Counted from the first letter of the whole stretch, positions 13,561 through 27,220 are shown. The stretch: 56,707 nucleotides of DNA, filler included, from Dugesia japonica (GCA_001938525.1; 5 parts of 5 records of this genome joined end to end with filler, not necessarily neighbours in it); one strand, 5' to 3'. A program made the numbers and translations. The notes: generated from the sequence alone by a model not told the origin.

Positions 13561-14545
13561 AATTTTAAAGTTTATTTCTGAATTGCGATGAGTTTTGAAT
13601 AATTTACAACATACACTGATTTCAAGGCGGAATTTTTGTTGAAATCAAAGAAAATCTGACAAGATCACCTCAATATAAATATTAAAAAATGGATTTAAGA
13701 CTATTTTTTTTTAAAACATCAGCATGTAAAAAATTGGGCGAAACGTGTTTATAAATCTTGCGTGGTATATGCGTGTACGCGTTAAACAAAAACCATTTTG
13801 AATTTTTTCATTTTTAACCATTTATAGTACAATGACTGAAATTAGTTAATATATTAACTTGTCGCTTTAAGGTCTATATTTCCAATAGCGTCCATAGAAA
13901 TGTCAACTTTAGTACTTTAATACGTTATAATAAATATAGGAAATATTCTTAGTTTTTTATATTGAATTTATTTTATGTGTGCAATAAGTATTTTAAAATT
14001 TAATAGTTGAAATTAAAATTCCAATATAATTAATTTGTCCTATAAAGAGTTAGGTATTTTATAAGAATGGACACGTTATACATGTAAGCGAGCTATAANT
14101 TTGCAAATACGGTACTTAAAATACTTCTTACGTAAAAAGCACCTCGCGATCTTAAATTTTAATGCAACATAATGATATTATGCACTAAACCAACTTTTTT
14201 GTTTATTCAAAGATTTAAACTGACTTCCACTTTTCATTCATTTCTTACAATATGGTTTTAAAATATCATTTGTTAACACGAAACAGTTTCCATAATTTAT
14301 TAATTTTATCAAGTAGTGATAAATAACTAAATGAATTGTCTATTTTTAGTCATTTGTTTATGTACATTAAGTTATTTATTCTATTGAGTTTAACTAATAT
14401 TTAACTGAATTCCAGAATTACATCTAGAGTTTTAAGGTTTTTAATTCATCTTACACTAATGAAAGCATATCTACTCTTTGGTTGTAAATATTTGTATACA
14501 GGCTTTTGTACATTGCTTTCATTAAAATGTATCTTTTATGTAAAG

Positions 14546-15187
14546 CAGTGGTTCCTAAGCTTTTTAATGCTGCGGGATACTTTAGTAATTAAGAAGTTTA
14601 GGAGGAACACTTGTTAATTAAATTATGAAAATAAACTTCTTTTATTTTAGGTAAATAAAATTACAATATTTTAAAGTATACAATATAGTATACCAGAGGT
14701 GTCAAACGCCCGGTCAGCCGCTTGTGATTTTCTGGCGGGTGAATCAATGTAAAATGTTATGTTAAGTTATAAAAATATATTAGCATTTGTTATATAATAT
14801 ATAAACAATTTGTTATCCTTGGCCCGCGAAATGTCCTTAAAATTAAAATTTGGCCCACAAATTTAAAAGGTTTGACACCTCTGTAGTATATTATGGTATG
14901 TACTTCATTAAATTAAAAGCTTCGATTAAAATGAGGTTTTTTATTAATATTTTTTATAATTTTTTTAGTTGTTAGTATTTCAAATTTTCGACTTTTGTTT
15001 TCACGATTTTTGCCAGTTTATGTCAGTTTACAATGTATGAGTAATTAAAGTATAGCTAGTGGGGACTGTATTTCAATTAGTTTTCTAATATCTGGATTAA
15101 ATAAAAATTGTCTATAATTTTCGATGAACACTTCTGAAATGCTTACGTAACACTGGTGTTCCGTGGAACATTGATTGAAAACCATTG
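14546..15187 (+). mobile_element. Non-autonomous hAT element with 8-bp TSD ATGTAAAG
   Basis: CAGTGGTT...AACCATTG termini; ATGTAAAG at 14538-14545 and 15188-15195. Confidence 0.85.
14694..14883 (+). mobile_element. hAT MITE nested in the preceding element
   Basis: Perfect TIR CAGAGGTGTCAAAC / GTTTGACACCTCTG; TSD TAGTATAC / TAGTATAT. Confidence 0.85.
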
Positions 15188-15601
15188 ATGTAAAGTACTA
15201 GGTGTAAATAATGTAATTTATATAATGTTAGTAATTATGAAATTATTTTCTACCAAAATTATTAGTAAATCAAAAGTAAAGGCTAAAGAGAACTTTTTTA
15301 AAATTGTTTTTCGGGAAATTTCAGATTTGACCAAATTTATTCTGTTTTAAATTTTTATAAGTATACAAACCCAAGAAATTTATTTAAAACACATTCAATT
15401 CGTAAATTAACGACTATGTAACATATCATATAAAGTAGATGATTTACTAATTCATGCACACTATTTAGAAATAGAGAAATTTTTTTTTCTTTTAATATTT
15501 TACGAAATTTGTTTTTATTTAATTACAGTTTCTATCATTCTTGATTATTTGACAAAAATATAAACAATCGATATTGAATTTCTTTTTGGTTGATATACTT
15601 A

Positions 15602-15755
15602 CCGTATAGCCGGCGTTTAAGTCGCTGCTTTTTTTTCTATTTAAAGATAATGCCATTGATTTTTATACGTACCGAAAAATTCAGTTTTCTATCTACTTTA
15701 TGTTTATATTTCTGCATAGTTTATGCAAGAGTGACTTATAACTAGGAAAATACGG
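15602..15755. mobile_element. Tc1/mariner(pogo)-type MITE
   Basis: TA-CCGTAT...ATACGG-TA termini with an internal TAAGTC/GACTTA inverted motif. Confidence 0.65.
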
Positions 15756-16745
15756 TAAATAGATGAGAGCTAACATTTTTTAAAATCTTTTAATGAAATT
15801 TATTTGAGCGTTTTATTTCATCAAAACAAGGTATTTAATTAAATTGTCTAATAATTTTCAGATGAATTTTATTTTTAATTCATACATAATTTTGCTATTA
15901 TATTTTGTATTAGTTTAAAGCTAGATTTAATTGTGCATTTATTAACTATTGATTCCAGATGTGTCTCCATACGATTTTTTCCTGTTCACTCGAATAAAGA
16001 TAAATAATATTATTTAATTTGTTTTATTTAGTCTCTTTACTATTGATATTCTTTCCAAAACTACATAACTCATTAAAATCTCTGTTTTGTGATTAAATCT
16101 ATTTTAAAATACAATTCCACTGGCTACAGTCGTTATAAATCAAATTTATGTATTTTTTGAATTGAAATAACTTTACAATCTATGCTTTTTATTGAAATAA
16201 AAATCAAAATCAATGATATAAAATCAATGATAATTCAGTCATAATAACTGTCATCTAGTTTGAATAATTATTTTTACTTATTAATAAACAAATTGGTAGA
16301 TATATTTTCTATTTCAATAAATTAGTGTTGTCAATGTCTTACAAACCTTATTAATTTATTGATTGATTTGATATTGTTGAATTCGATAGATGCACTGATC
16401 ATTCAATTTGACTATTAATACATATCGGCAATTGTTAATCTTTATTAATCATTATTTATTGAGCTATCAACTAAATATTGTAATATTCCTCATATTAATT
16501 TTGAAAAAAATTATAAATTATAAAATTAATTTTTCTCATTTATTTTAATTTTTTAAAAGCAATTTATTTTTTCAAAAAATATAATTATTATGGTTTTCTG
16601 TTGTTTCCTATTTGGTAATTTGTCAAGATATTGGCATGCGTTTTGCTAAAATAGTTAATTCTAACAAATTTAAGAAGCAAATGCTAAAATTCTATTTGGA
16701 ACTTCATTCTTGTTTTTTTAGACATTTTAGAAATATCCTCTAATG

Positions 16746-17005
16746 CAGAGGTTTTCAATTTTTTTAGCAGCTATTTATTTAGCACTATTTTATACTTTAA
16801 ACAAATGCGGAGCCCTACTATTAAAAATAAGTTATAAATAATAGAAACATTATTGCATACTCTTTAAAATTTATTTCTCAACTGAGAGAAATCAATGTAT
16901 AACTTAAGAAACATAAAAAGTTTAAATATTTTAAAATTTTCATGGAGCCCTTGTAACTCTTCCGAGCAGCCCTTGAGCTCCGTTGAGCACACATTGAAAC
17001 CACTG
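16746..17005. mobile_element. hAT MITE
   Basis: CAGAGGTTTTCAAT / ATTGAAACCACTG termini, internal GGAGCCC motifs, near-TSD CTCTAATG / CTCTAACA. Confidence 0.7.
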
Positions 17006-18349
17006 CTCTAACAAGTTCCCATGAAAATTTTTGATACATAAGTTTAAAATTATGCAAACAAAATTCAAAAAAAGATTTTTGGTGGAAATTGTCAAAAAAT
17101 TAAAATTTGATTCTAATAAAACTATAAATAAATCGAGATAAAATATTTTTATCAAATCCATAAAAAATTTTAATGAATTTAATATTTATAATAATAAACT
17201 GATTATTGATTTTTTTAGATAACTATTATAATCTATATTATACAATGAATTATTCTACTTCCTATATCTGATTTGACGGTATTTATAACGCTCAGTTACT
17301 ATTGATTTGATGTAAAATATAAACGGATATTCTAAAATCTAACGATTATTTTGTCGTAAATATTCGAATTTATAATTCAATTTATGAAAATGTTTTAGAA
17401 AATTTTATAATATTGTTATAATATCAATGGCAGTTGTTAGAGTTTTCTTTAACTTGAGTTGTTAACATTGATTGAATCGTCGCCATCAATCATTTACAAC
17501 AAAACAAAAACATTAGTCATTTTAAATTTCACTTTTTTCTTTTTTTAAAACGAATCTAATCAATTTTTATAATCATCTAATATTTTCTAAATCCACATTA
17601 AAAAGTAACTAACAATAAATAATAAACTAGCACCAAATTTATTCTACAAAGTATAGTTTTGATTAATTTACATGTAATCATTCTTTATTATTATTGCAAA
17701 AGATATGTGAAACAATTTCGTGATCTGAAAATAAATAACTGCTTTTTAAAATCTTTATTTAATATCCTTAAATATTTACAAATGTTGATGCTTTAATTAT
17801 AATTATTAAATATAATTATGTCGCTATAGGAATTTAACAATCATTTAAAAAAAATAATTAATCGTCGATAATTAACAGGAATTATTTTTAATCTTCTGCC
17901 ATTAATCAATATAACAAGTAAATGAATTGTTAAAAAGATTCTTCGTTAGCTACGGTCCATTAATTATGTCAAACTTTCAGTGACTCCTAATAAAATTACA
18001 TCAACAAATATTTACTTCTGCCCCGCAAATTAACAATCTTTTAACTTATTTGGTTTGATTTATTAAATATATCGTACACATTTTATCTTGGACACCATCC
18101 TCCGCATTGTCAACAATTGTCGAACTTCTTCAAAACCCCTCCTTCCAATAATTTGACATTATATATAGTGCNNNNNNNNNNNNNNNNNNNNNNNNNNNNN
18201 NNNNNNNNNNNNNNNNCATCATGTTTTAAGTACGTGTTAAGTCTGCTTCTGATTGGTTAATTAGAATAGCGAATAAGTAATCATTTATTATTCCATCATT
18301 ATCGCATTCTTTAGATTTCAGTCTCAGTTATTCTCAGTTATTGTGAACT

Positions 18350-18678
18350 TTATGACAGAACGAAGACAATTATCTGATTTTGAGAAGCATGCTATAATTC
18401 TCTTTAATAAGGAGAATGCTTCGTGAGGACTATAAAAGTGTTCAAAGGTATTGCCTAATTTGTTTGGAAACTTTACGAAACATCAATTTAGAAATCTTGT
18501 TGCACGTTTTAAGAGAGATCCATTAATAAGTACCCGCAAAAAGGAACATGACCCCGAAAACGAATTTCTGATGAGAAACGTGAAAATGTAAATGCTTTAG
18601 CTTTGTAATCCATTCGTGTAAGATATATTGATTGTTTTGGACAAATGGATGCTTGGAAGAAAGTATGGTTAACTGACG
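18350..18678 (+). pseudogene. Possible Tc1/mariner transposase N-terminal HTH relic
   Basis: Frame-broken KHQFRNLVARFKRDPLISTRKRN resembles the ..RxLVxKFxxTGSV..R.GRP region. Confidence 0.35.
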
Positions 18679-18778
18679 NNNNNNNNNNNNNNNNNNNNNN
18701 NNNNNNNNNNNNNNNNNNNNNNTTAATTAATTAANNNNNNNNNNNNNNNNNNNNNNNNNNNNNNNNNNNNNNNNNNNN
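18679..18778. other. Artificial scaffold-joining linker
   Basis: 44 N + TTAATTAATTAA + 44 N. Confidence 0.95.
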
Positions 18779-20087
18779 CAAATAGAAAAGCTTAAAGAAA
18801 TAGAGATTTGCAATCGTGATTATTAAGAGTATGAAAGCAATTTTAATAGACCAAATATTCCTGATATTTTGTCTTTAAGTGGTTTACCTCAGATTACACA
18901 TATTTTTTAAATAGGTGCAAGGCTAACACAGCTACAACTTTGAAGGATATGAGTCATTGTATAATGAGTCATGTATAATCTAGAACCATTCACGAATTCA
19001 ATGATGGAGATATCAAATAATGAAGTATTACTATATCGATATCGGTTAAAAAATAAATTAGAAGCTGGTCTACATGCGTTGATTCAAATTCAGTTTTTAG
19101 AGAGTTTGGTATTACTTAGAAAAGAAGAATGTGATAAAAAACTTGATTTTCATCTGGATTCGTTAGAAAACATAACATTTTAATGAATAATATGGTAAAG
19201 TTTTTTAATCTCAATCTTTCAATGGTAGCAAACGAAATTTACCCAGAAAATAGAAGGAAAGTATTGAAAGCAATGAACATCAATTTAAGATATGAGTCTG
19301 GAGACGATAAAAGATACAATGATGAATATTAAATTACAATCATTAGCATATGCGTTGTCAAAGCAACATCAATGTCTGATTGAAAGCAAAGTGAAAAGTA
19401 ATGGTAAAATACATATATTGAAATTTAATTATAATTTTAAATATTTAGATTTAATTTGTTATTCAAAGAACCATTAGATATCGTTGGATAAACATTTGTT
19501 ATTTATTAAATCTTGTAAATAATTTGTTGTTTNNNNNNNNNNNNNNNNNNNNNNNNNNNNNNNNNNNNNNNNNNNNNNNNNNNNGGGTTTTATCAATAAA
19601 TCATGTGATATTTGTGCACCATAAATATTAAAATACCGCAACGTAGCATATATGATAATATAATTACAAGTGTTATATTTTTGAAATTTTATTTATTTTA
19701 TTTTATGTTATTTATTTGTTTTGTTTTAATGAATCAATTAAAATAAAATACATAAATACATCAAACACTACTTGGAAACCGNNNNNNNNNNNNNNNNNNN
19801 NNNNNNNNNNNNNNNNNNNNNNNNNNNNNNNTTTCTATTACCTTGAATTTTTTGTTAAAAGTAATTGTTGAAATGTAATTTTTAGGGGTTTTATCAATAA
19901 ATCATGTGATATTTGTGCACCATAAATATTAAAATACCGCAACGTAGCATATATGATAATATAATTACAAGTGTTATATTTTTGAAATTTTATTTATTTT
20001 ATTTTATGTTATTTATTTGTTTTGTTTTAATGAATCAATTAAAATAAAATACATAAATACATCAAACACTACTTGGAAACCGTACTT

Positions 20088-20528
20088 TTGATTGCTAATA
20101 TCAATCACAAGAAGAAGGCTTCCAAAGAAATTATAAGTAAAATAAATTTCCAATTGTTAACAAAAGTGGGAGATTAATAATATTCTTTAAAACCGGAAAT
20201 TGTCGAATAATGGGGCTGAAGAAACCTATAGAAATTGATAATTTACAATATGATATTTGTAATTAATTTAGGTGTTCGAGTTAATTTATGAACATTTTCA
20301 AGATTAATCAAGTGTATGTTTGAACCAGAATTGTTTCCATCATTACGATTAACAAACTACATTCCTTTATGTGTGAATGTATTTTCAACCGGAAAAGAAG
20401 TGATACCTGAATTTAAAAATTTACATTATCATGGATATGTTGAAAACATAAATACAGATTTATATAATTTAATTGAAAAAAAAATGATTATAGGTATTAT
20501 ATTTGTTGAATCACCAATTCTTATGTAA
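20088..20528 (+). pseudogene. Divergent TBP-like gene, copy A (frameshifted, partly deleted)
   Basis: IANINH...IIFFKTGNCRIMGLKKP (repeat 1, cf. TBP LIFSSGKMVCTGAK) and MFEPELFPSLRLTNYIPLCVNVFSTGKEVI (repeat 2, cf. TBP YEPELFPGLIYRM..P..VLLIFVSGKVVL). Confidence 0.75.
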
Positions 20529-20639
20529 TTTTAAATGTCAGACAGTAGATCAATTGAATAAAAACTCCGTGATTTAATACATTTGTTCCTAAAATTGACT
20601 TAAGTTGACTATTCACTATTTAAGGAAACATATATTTTT

Positions 20640-21977
20640 ATGTGGCTTTTATATGATTTGATATGGTATTTTAAGCCATTATTAAGTTTCTATAAGGTTT
20701 TTATATATTTTTATAAGGTATTTTAATGTGTTCTATAATGTTTTATATAGTTTAATAGATATTTTTAGGATTTTTATAGTATTTTAGTATGTAGTACACA
20801 CTAGATAAATATGTTTAACTCAATGGATATAAAGTCCAATACATACATAATAAACCAATTCTCACACATAATGAGCCTATATACATATAATGATCAAAAA
20901 ACAAAGACAATGCAACAAAAAAATATAATTTAAAGAAAGACATTGCAACTTGAATGCAACTATAACAAAGAACATGAGTCGTATTGTACAAGTTAAGCAA
21001 AGAAAATACAACAAATGCAAATACGACTAAGCAAAACAAGAGTTTATATAGGTATTTAATACAATTTTGAAGAGTTAAGAGAATTGTGCATGGGTTTATA
21101 GGTTTAATGTAGNNNNNNNNNNNNNNNNNNNNNNNNTTTTATAGGATCCTATAGGTATTTGTAATATTTGCATAGGGTTTTTAATGTAACTATATGATTT
21201 ATATAGTTACTATTGGGTTTTACTTAGTAATTATATGATTTTAATAGAGTTTTATATGATTGATGGGTTTTTATTGGGTTTTTTATGGTTTAATATGGTT
21301 TTATACGGTTTTATAAAGCCATTTATATAATTAATATATTTCTCTAAAAGGTTTATATGGGTTTATAAGGTAATTATATGGGTTTATGTTATAATTATAT
21401 GGTAATTATATGGTTTTAGTAGAGTTTTATATGATTGATGGGTTTTTATAGTGTTTTTAATGGTTTAATAGGGTTTTTAATATGGTTTTATAAGGTAACT
21501 ATAGGATTTTATATGATCATATTGATCAAATGTTTTGGAATTGCATAGATGTCTATATAATGTTTCGAAAAATTGCACAGACGTCTATGTATTATTTTCA
21601 AACATTACATCGATTTCTATGTTATATTTTCGAACATAACATAGATGTTTATGTTGTAATTTTAAACATAACATAGATGTTTATGTTATTTTACAAACAT
21701 TGCATTTTCAGTAAAAGTTTTAAAGATCCCGTTTAAAACATAGGAAAAAATAANNNNNNNNNNNNNNNNNNNNNNNNNNNNNNNNNNNNNNNNNNNNNNN
21801 NNNNNNNNNNNNNNNNNNNNNNNNNNNNNNNNNNNNNNNNNNNNNNNNNNNNNNNNNNNNNNNNNNNNNNNNNNNNNTCAATAGAGTCTAATACAAAAAA
21901 AACCCTATAGAGTCCTATATACAGAAAACCATTATGGTATTATATACAGAAAATCGACGAGCCTTATCTACCTACTT
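20640..21977. mobile_element. Polinton-like right subterminal region and terminus
   Basis: Degenerate TTTTATA(G/T)GGT tandem repeats; 20965-21050 (CAAAGAACATGAGTC...) matches 49360-49445 inside the TIR-bounded element; ends in TATCTACCTACT at 21977, the same terminus as at 50586. Confidence 0.6.
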
Positions 21978-21979
21978 GA

Positions 21980-22900
21980 TAGTATGTCCTCCCACTGCTT
22001 TCGATTTAAAACACCATTTTGTACTAGAATGTTTTTTTAAGTTAATTCTGATCAACAATGGTATTTTCTCATCAATTAATAAGTAATTAAAAAGAGTTTG
22101 TAAGGTTCCAAATAACCTTACAGCATAAATGTCTAAGGACGCAATATGAACTTCTATAAGATTTAAATTGTGTGCGCAGCATGAAATAAATTTTTTTAAA
22201 TAAAATTTTCACGATTAATTATCACTTGCACGTCTTTATATTTTTCGAAATATTTCTTCCGTTATCGTAATCTTGACCATGAGTAGTTTGTAGCTTCAAT
22301 CCATTTTTAATATTTTTTTCCTTAATTCATTTGCAATCGCTTCTCTTATTTTATTTGTCATATTTATAATTTCTACAAAACGTTTTTTCCACTATATATT
22401 TTTCATTAGAATATTTAATGTCTTATAATTATGGATAATTGATCTTTATGTGATATATCTGGAGTAATGTTAATAGTTATTCTATAATATTGTTGAATTT
22501 CTTTGATTATTTTATAGAGTACTCATATACTTAATAAATTTAAAAATCCTGTTTTTATTTTGAGTTGATAAATAGGTAAAATGGTTTTTAATATGTGAAT
22601 CGAGTATATATTTTCTATCATTACTCTCATTATCTTCATGTTCAATATTAGTTACGTTTTAAATGTGTTTATTCAGTCAATTTTGTGGAGAAGCTGAATT
22701 TTGCTAACATACTTCTCTTTTTTAGCTTTTCCGTTCGATTCATAAACCAACTAGTTTTTTTCGACTTCATTAGTTAATAGTGGTTGGGTAAAACATCCAA
22801 TCTTCTTTACCCGCTACAAAAAAGGATCTGACAAAAAGGATAGCTGCGCAGAGCATGGAATGTTTGAATTATCACATTAATCATCAATAATTAAGTAAAA
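21980..22900 (-). pseudogene. hAT transposase relic (ZMYM1-like clade)
   Basis: Minus translations ITPDISHKDQLSIIIRH (DxTxDxS..EQL) and ISCCAHNLNL (CxAHxLNL). Confidence 0.75.
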
Positions 22901-24889
22901 CAATAAACTCATTAAAATGTTTTAATATTCAAATGAAGATCAATTCGTAAAACCAAAGCTTCTTTAGAGATTGTTATTTCACAATATTTAATTGTCACAA
23001 ATTTAAAGACAAATTTAATTTACGCAAACCCATAATCTTTTATATATTTATGGATACCTATCTTCACTATTACTTGAACTTTACTCAAAACAAGCCACGA
23101 TTGATTATCATCCATTATAACAAAAATTTAATGAACAGCAATGCAAAATATCTAATACATTGAAAATCAGTGTTTCCCAACCTGGGCAATCAAAAGGAAT
23201 TTATTGGCGATAAAAAGTGAATGCAGAGTTAGTGGTCAAAGGTGAGCGATGAAAGATGAGTTTTTATAACTTGTATGCTTCGTGAAAATAGGATATCTGA
23301 GCATTATTATAACATCAATGTAAGACTTCTACTTTTCTTTTTGGACAGACATTCGGTCAAAATTTGCAAACTTTTCTTTTGTTCTCAGTTACCTCACTTC
23401 ATCTTATAAGTAGTTGGATGCTGTGCTGCAACAGTGGTCGCAAAAGCACAATACCAATCTTCTATGACATTGTTACTTCATTACATCAAATACATTAACC
23501 AGTGAGTTTATCTGAAATTGATGGATATCATGAAATCTATGAACAATTTCAAATATTTACCTTCGAAAGCTAGCTTGGACTTTGCTACAGATTTGTTGCG
23601 AACACTTTGTCCATATTACAAAAGCAACGGAAGAGAAGAGTCTGAGATAGCGCTCGAGAAAACAACTTTTTTCACACTTGATGAAGAACTAAGATGTTTA
23701 CTCGAATTTAATGATATTACAGAAGTTAATGAATGAAATTTTCTCAAAGTTAATTATTTTTAAAAATCATTGGAAAGCAAAGTGGAAATCTTAATTAATA
23801 AATAAAAAATTAATAACTTTTTCTATTTTTACTACTTTTATTACACATCCTATATTTAGTAATTCAATAAAGCTCGAAAATTCAAGCTTTTAGACCCGCT
23901 ACTGGTAACATCAGGACTTACAGGGTGGACATGTTATTCATAATTTGTTAAACTTACTATTCGTCACACTATTGTACGACAAAAGTTCAAACCAAATGCA
24001 ATGAAGAAATTGGATATAAAATTGGTTTATTTTAATATTCTTGTGGTTTCGTCTCTGAAGGTTTTCTAGCATTCTAATTTCGATATTCCCATTCCTTACA
24101 ATGGAATATTTTTTCGACATTTCTAGCAATCTAATTCTGATAATTTATCATCTGATAAAATTAGATTATTTAAAGAATTAATAAATCATTTTCTTTAAAT
24201 TATTTTATTTACTCAATAAAATAATTTTTTTTTCTTGATAATTATCTAAGTTCATTATTTGATTAACTTGCTCAATAATTAAATAACTTATTTATTTAAG
24301 TGTTATTTTGAATTTTTTATGTATTTGAATTAAATAATTTATTCTATACTTAAATAAATAGTGAAGCACTGTAACAAAGACTTTTTGAAATTTAAAAAAT
24401 TGAATTTAAAACGAGTACATACATGCTATGATTACAAACTGGATATCCTTGTTTCTTCAATACTGAGTTCATTCTTTTCTTATGATTTGATCTTATATTT
24501 CGTTCTTTAACCTTTGTCCTTTTTACTTGAAAAGATCTCGACTTCTGCTTACTCTGTTTTTCATGTTAACTCACTGAATTCTTGACCTTCTGAATGAATT
24601 TGTTTAATTTCCAGTCTTTTTTGATTATACCACAATATTATGATTAGTTTAGTTAATTTATCCAAACATATCCATGTCAATAATATTTCACATACGGATT
24701 TGATGACTACAAGCTTGTTGTTTTGATTGCTTAAGCGTGTTTGTCAAACTTGGTCTATATCTAGAGCTGTTAATTTATAATTCCAATTTGAGTTTAGAGC
24801 CTTTGAAAGCATTTATCTTCTATTTCAGTAAGTGAATGCCGTTAATACTAAACATAATTAAGTATATTCAATAATTAAAACCATCAAAA

Positions 24890-25130
24890 TATAAGTAACA
24901 TAGGTAAAGAACATGATAATATGTCTATTTTATTATCTTGAATCCAATGTCTTGTGCTGCTTTATTTATGACCAGGAGCAAGGCCATGTTGAAAAATCCA
25001 CTTTGGCTTAAGGGACATTATCTAGTAACTGTAATAATCCAGAAATTAAAGTATTTTGATATTTTTCAGATGTTATTATTCTGACGATAAATAATAAAGT
25101 TCCAAGAGACATACTCCAGCACTTCTATGC
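24890..25130 (-). pseudogene. Tc1-like DDE fragment
   Basis: Frame-broken ITSEKYQNTL...IFQHGLAPGHK*SSTRHWIQDNKIDIL. Confidence 0.55.
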
Positions 25131-25370
25131 TTGAATGTTTTGTATTGTTATAATTTGATATTAAATCTTTAATTGTGCTTTAATTCCAATAATGTTTTCT
25201 TTTGTTTCTTAAACTAATTCCCCATTTTACTTTAAATGTTACAAAACATTTCCACAAATATAAATTTACTTCTATTATGATACAATGGAATATAATTATT
25301 TTTTATAAAGTATTTAAATATTCTTTGTTAAATCATCTTTATTTAGGATCTATTTTTATGGTAAGCACTT

Positions 25371-27220
25371 TATTAGTTAAATTCAAAGTCTCAAGTCTCC
25401 AAAATTTGTTTATTAATTATTACAAGTCTTTTATTAAAATGAAAAATGCTAAAGCACAATTCACAATATTTTAAAAAATAATCTGAGAAATCTTAATAAA
25501 ATATTTTTCAAAAATATTGATTTTTTAAATTCCAAAATACTTTTATTTTACCTGTATCTTTAAATATTTTTAAACCTAATTTTATAAAATAATTTTTAAA
25601 ATTTTATAATTTAACATAATATAAAATATTGACTTTAATTTTAAAATACCTTTATTTTACATATATATTTATTTATTTTTAAACCTAATTTTATAAAATT
25701 ATTTTTATAATTTTATAATTTAACACAAAATAATCCAGTATTCGTAAAAAGTCTGTTCACCCTNTATAAAAATACAACTTTTAATTGGAATGAATATTTT
25801 CAGCCACGAAATTTAATAAATAAATAAATACATGATAATCTTAATATTTAATAGGATGTCCTTTTGATTTTTTGACCAATTCTAATCTTTTTGTCATCGA
25901 GAATACAATTTTCCTGCATAGATTACGAGAAAGTTTGTACCATTCGCCTTGATCTCATTCCATAATTCTTCAGTAGAATTGTGTATCATTGGTATTACTT
26001 TCCGTTTAAGGATACCCCAGATAGTTTCTATAGGATTCAGGTCAGGAGAATTACCTGGCTAGGGTAAGACATCAATATTTTTATTTTTTAGGAAAGCCTG
26101 GGTACTTTTGGCCTTATGTGGTGAAGCCAAATCATGTTGAAAAACGAATGCTGCTATTGGAAAGACTAAGCATTTACCAACTATGTCTATATCATGAATT
26201 ATCTCTTTTGGATATTTCTCGGCATTCATATTTCCATTGATTCTTTTCAGAAGTCCAACTTCATTACTGTTGAAGCAGCTCTAGACATGTATGTATGAAC
26301 CATGTTGCATAACTGCGTGGATAAAGGTAGGATTGTAATTTTCCAATGAGGTACTTCGAATCAATAATTTACTTGATGAAGAATATGACTGAAAGATACA
26401 CTCGTCGCTGAATACAACATCTCCTTATTTATCTGCATCCCAACTACTGTAAGTCGTAGCCCAGGAAAGTCTTCTGTGACGTTGATGCAATTTCAAATAT
26501 GGCTTCTTAATTGCTGAATAACCTCGAAAACCGTACTTGTTCAGAATTTTCTGAACATTACTAACAGAAAAATTTTGGACAGCACTTGTATTATACGTAT
26601 GGGTGATATTATAAGCGATAATAATAAGCGATTGGATAATAAGCGATTGGCTTTGCAAATGCGTATTATAGCTCGTGAAGCTTGGCGTGAAACAATAATT
26701 GGTCTGCTATTTCTCATCTTATCTCGCACGGATCCCAATTTTCGATATTTCTTCCAAAGATATTGCATTCCACGTAGTCACAGTCTTCCTGTACTTTTNA
26801 CGTAATTCATGAGCTATTTCTGTCCAAGACTTTCCATTATTCCGTAGTATAACGATTACATTTCTTTGAAATTCTGGTAAATTTCTGGACATTATATTGC
26901 TCTAAAACCATGCCATTTTACATTATTTTACATATATCAATTAAAAATAAATTATAATAACTTNNATTATTTAAATAGTTTATCAATAACTAAATATTTA
27001 AACAATTAGTTTAAACTAAATCAAAATGTTTATTAAAAGTTGCATTTTTATAGGGGGTGAACAGACTTTTTATGAGTACGGTATATAGAATTTAGTCAAT
27101 TAATTTGTATTTTAAAAAACCTGTTTTATATTTTAAAAGTTTCAAAAAACCAATTTATATATTAAATATAAAATTTAAAAAATCTCAGATATTTGAAATC
27201 CATGAATCGATACTCACACA
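25371..27220. repeat. AT-rich dispersed repeat (host of the Tc1 insertion); paralogue at 38441-39150
   Basis: TATTAGTTAAATTCAAA...AAATCTCAGATATTTGAAAT(C/T)CATGAAT collinear in both copies apart from the Tc1 and a shorter indel. Confidence 0.8.
25737..27081 (-). mobile_element. Full-length but mutated Tc1 transposon (~1.35 kb)
   Basis: ~50-bp TIRs (..AAAAAGTCTGTTCACCC.TATAAAAAT.CAACTTTTAAT); KKYRKLGSVRDKMRNSRP, GFRGYSAIKKPYL, FSDE, FQHDLASPH, NSPDLNPIETIWG in broken frames. Confidence 0.92.

Noticed and set aside
19584-20082. ~200-bp exact direct repeat
   Set aside because: Flanks an N gap; assembly overlap artefact.
20316-20528. Calling the TBP-like ORF the host TBP gene
   Set aside because: Far too divergent from the highly conserved eukaryotic TBP core, intronless, multi-copy and frame-broken, so no gene symbol was assigned.
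23168-23736. hAT-like end CAGTGTTTCCCAACC and 72-aa ORF 23518-23736
   Set aside because: No matching right end, TSD or diagnostic motif; cannot be classified.
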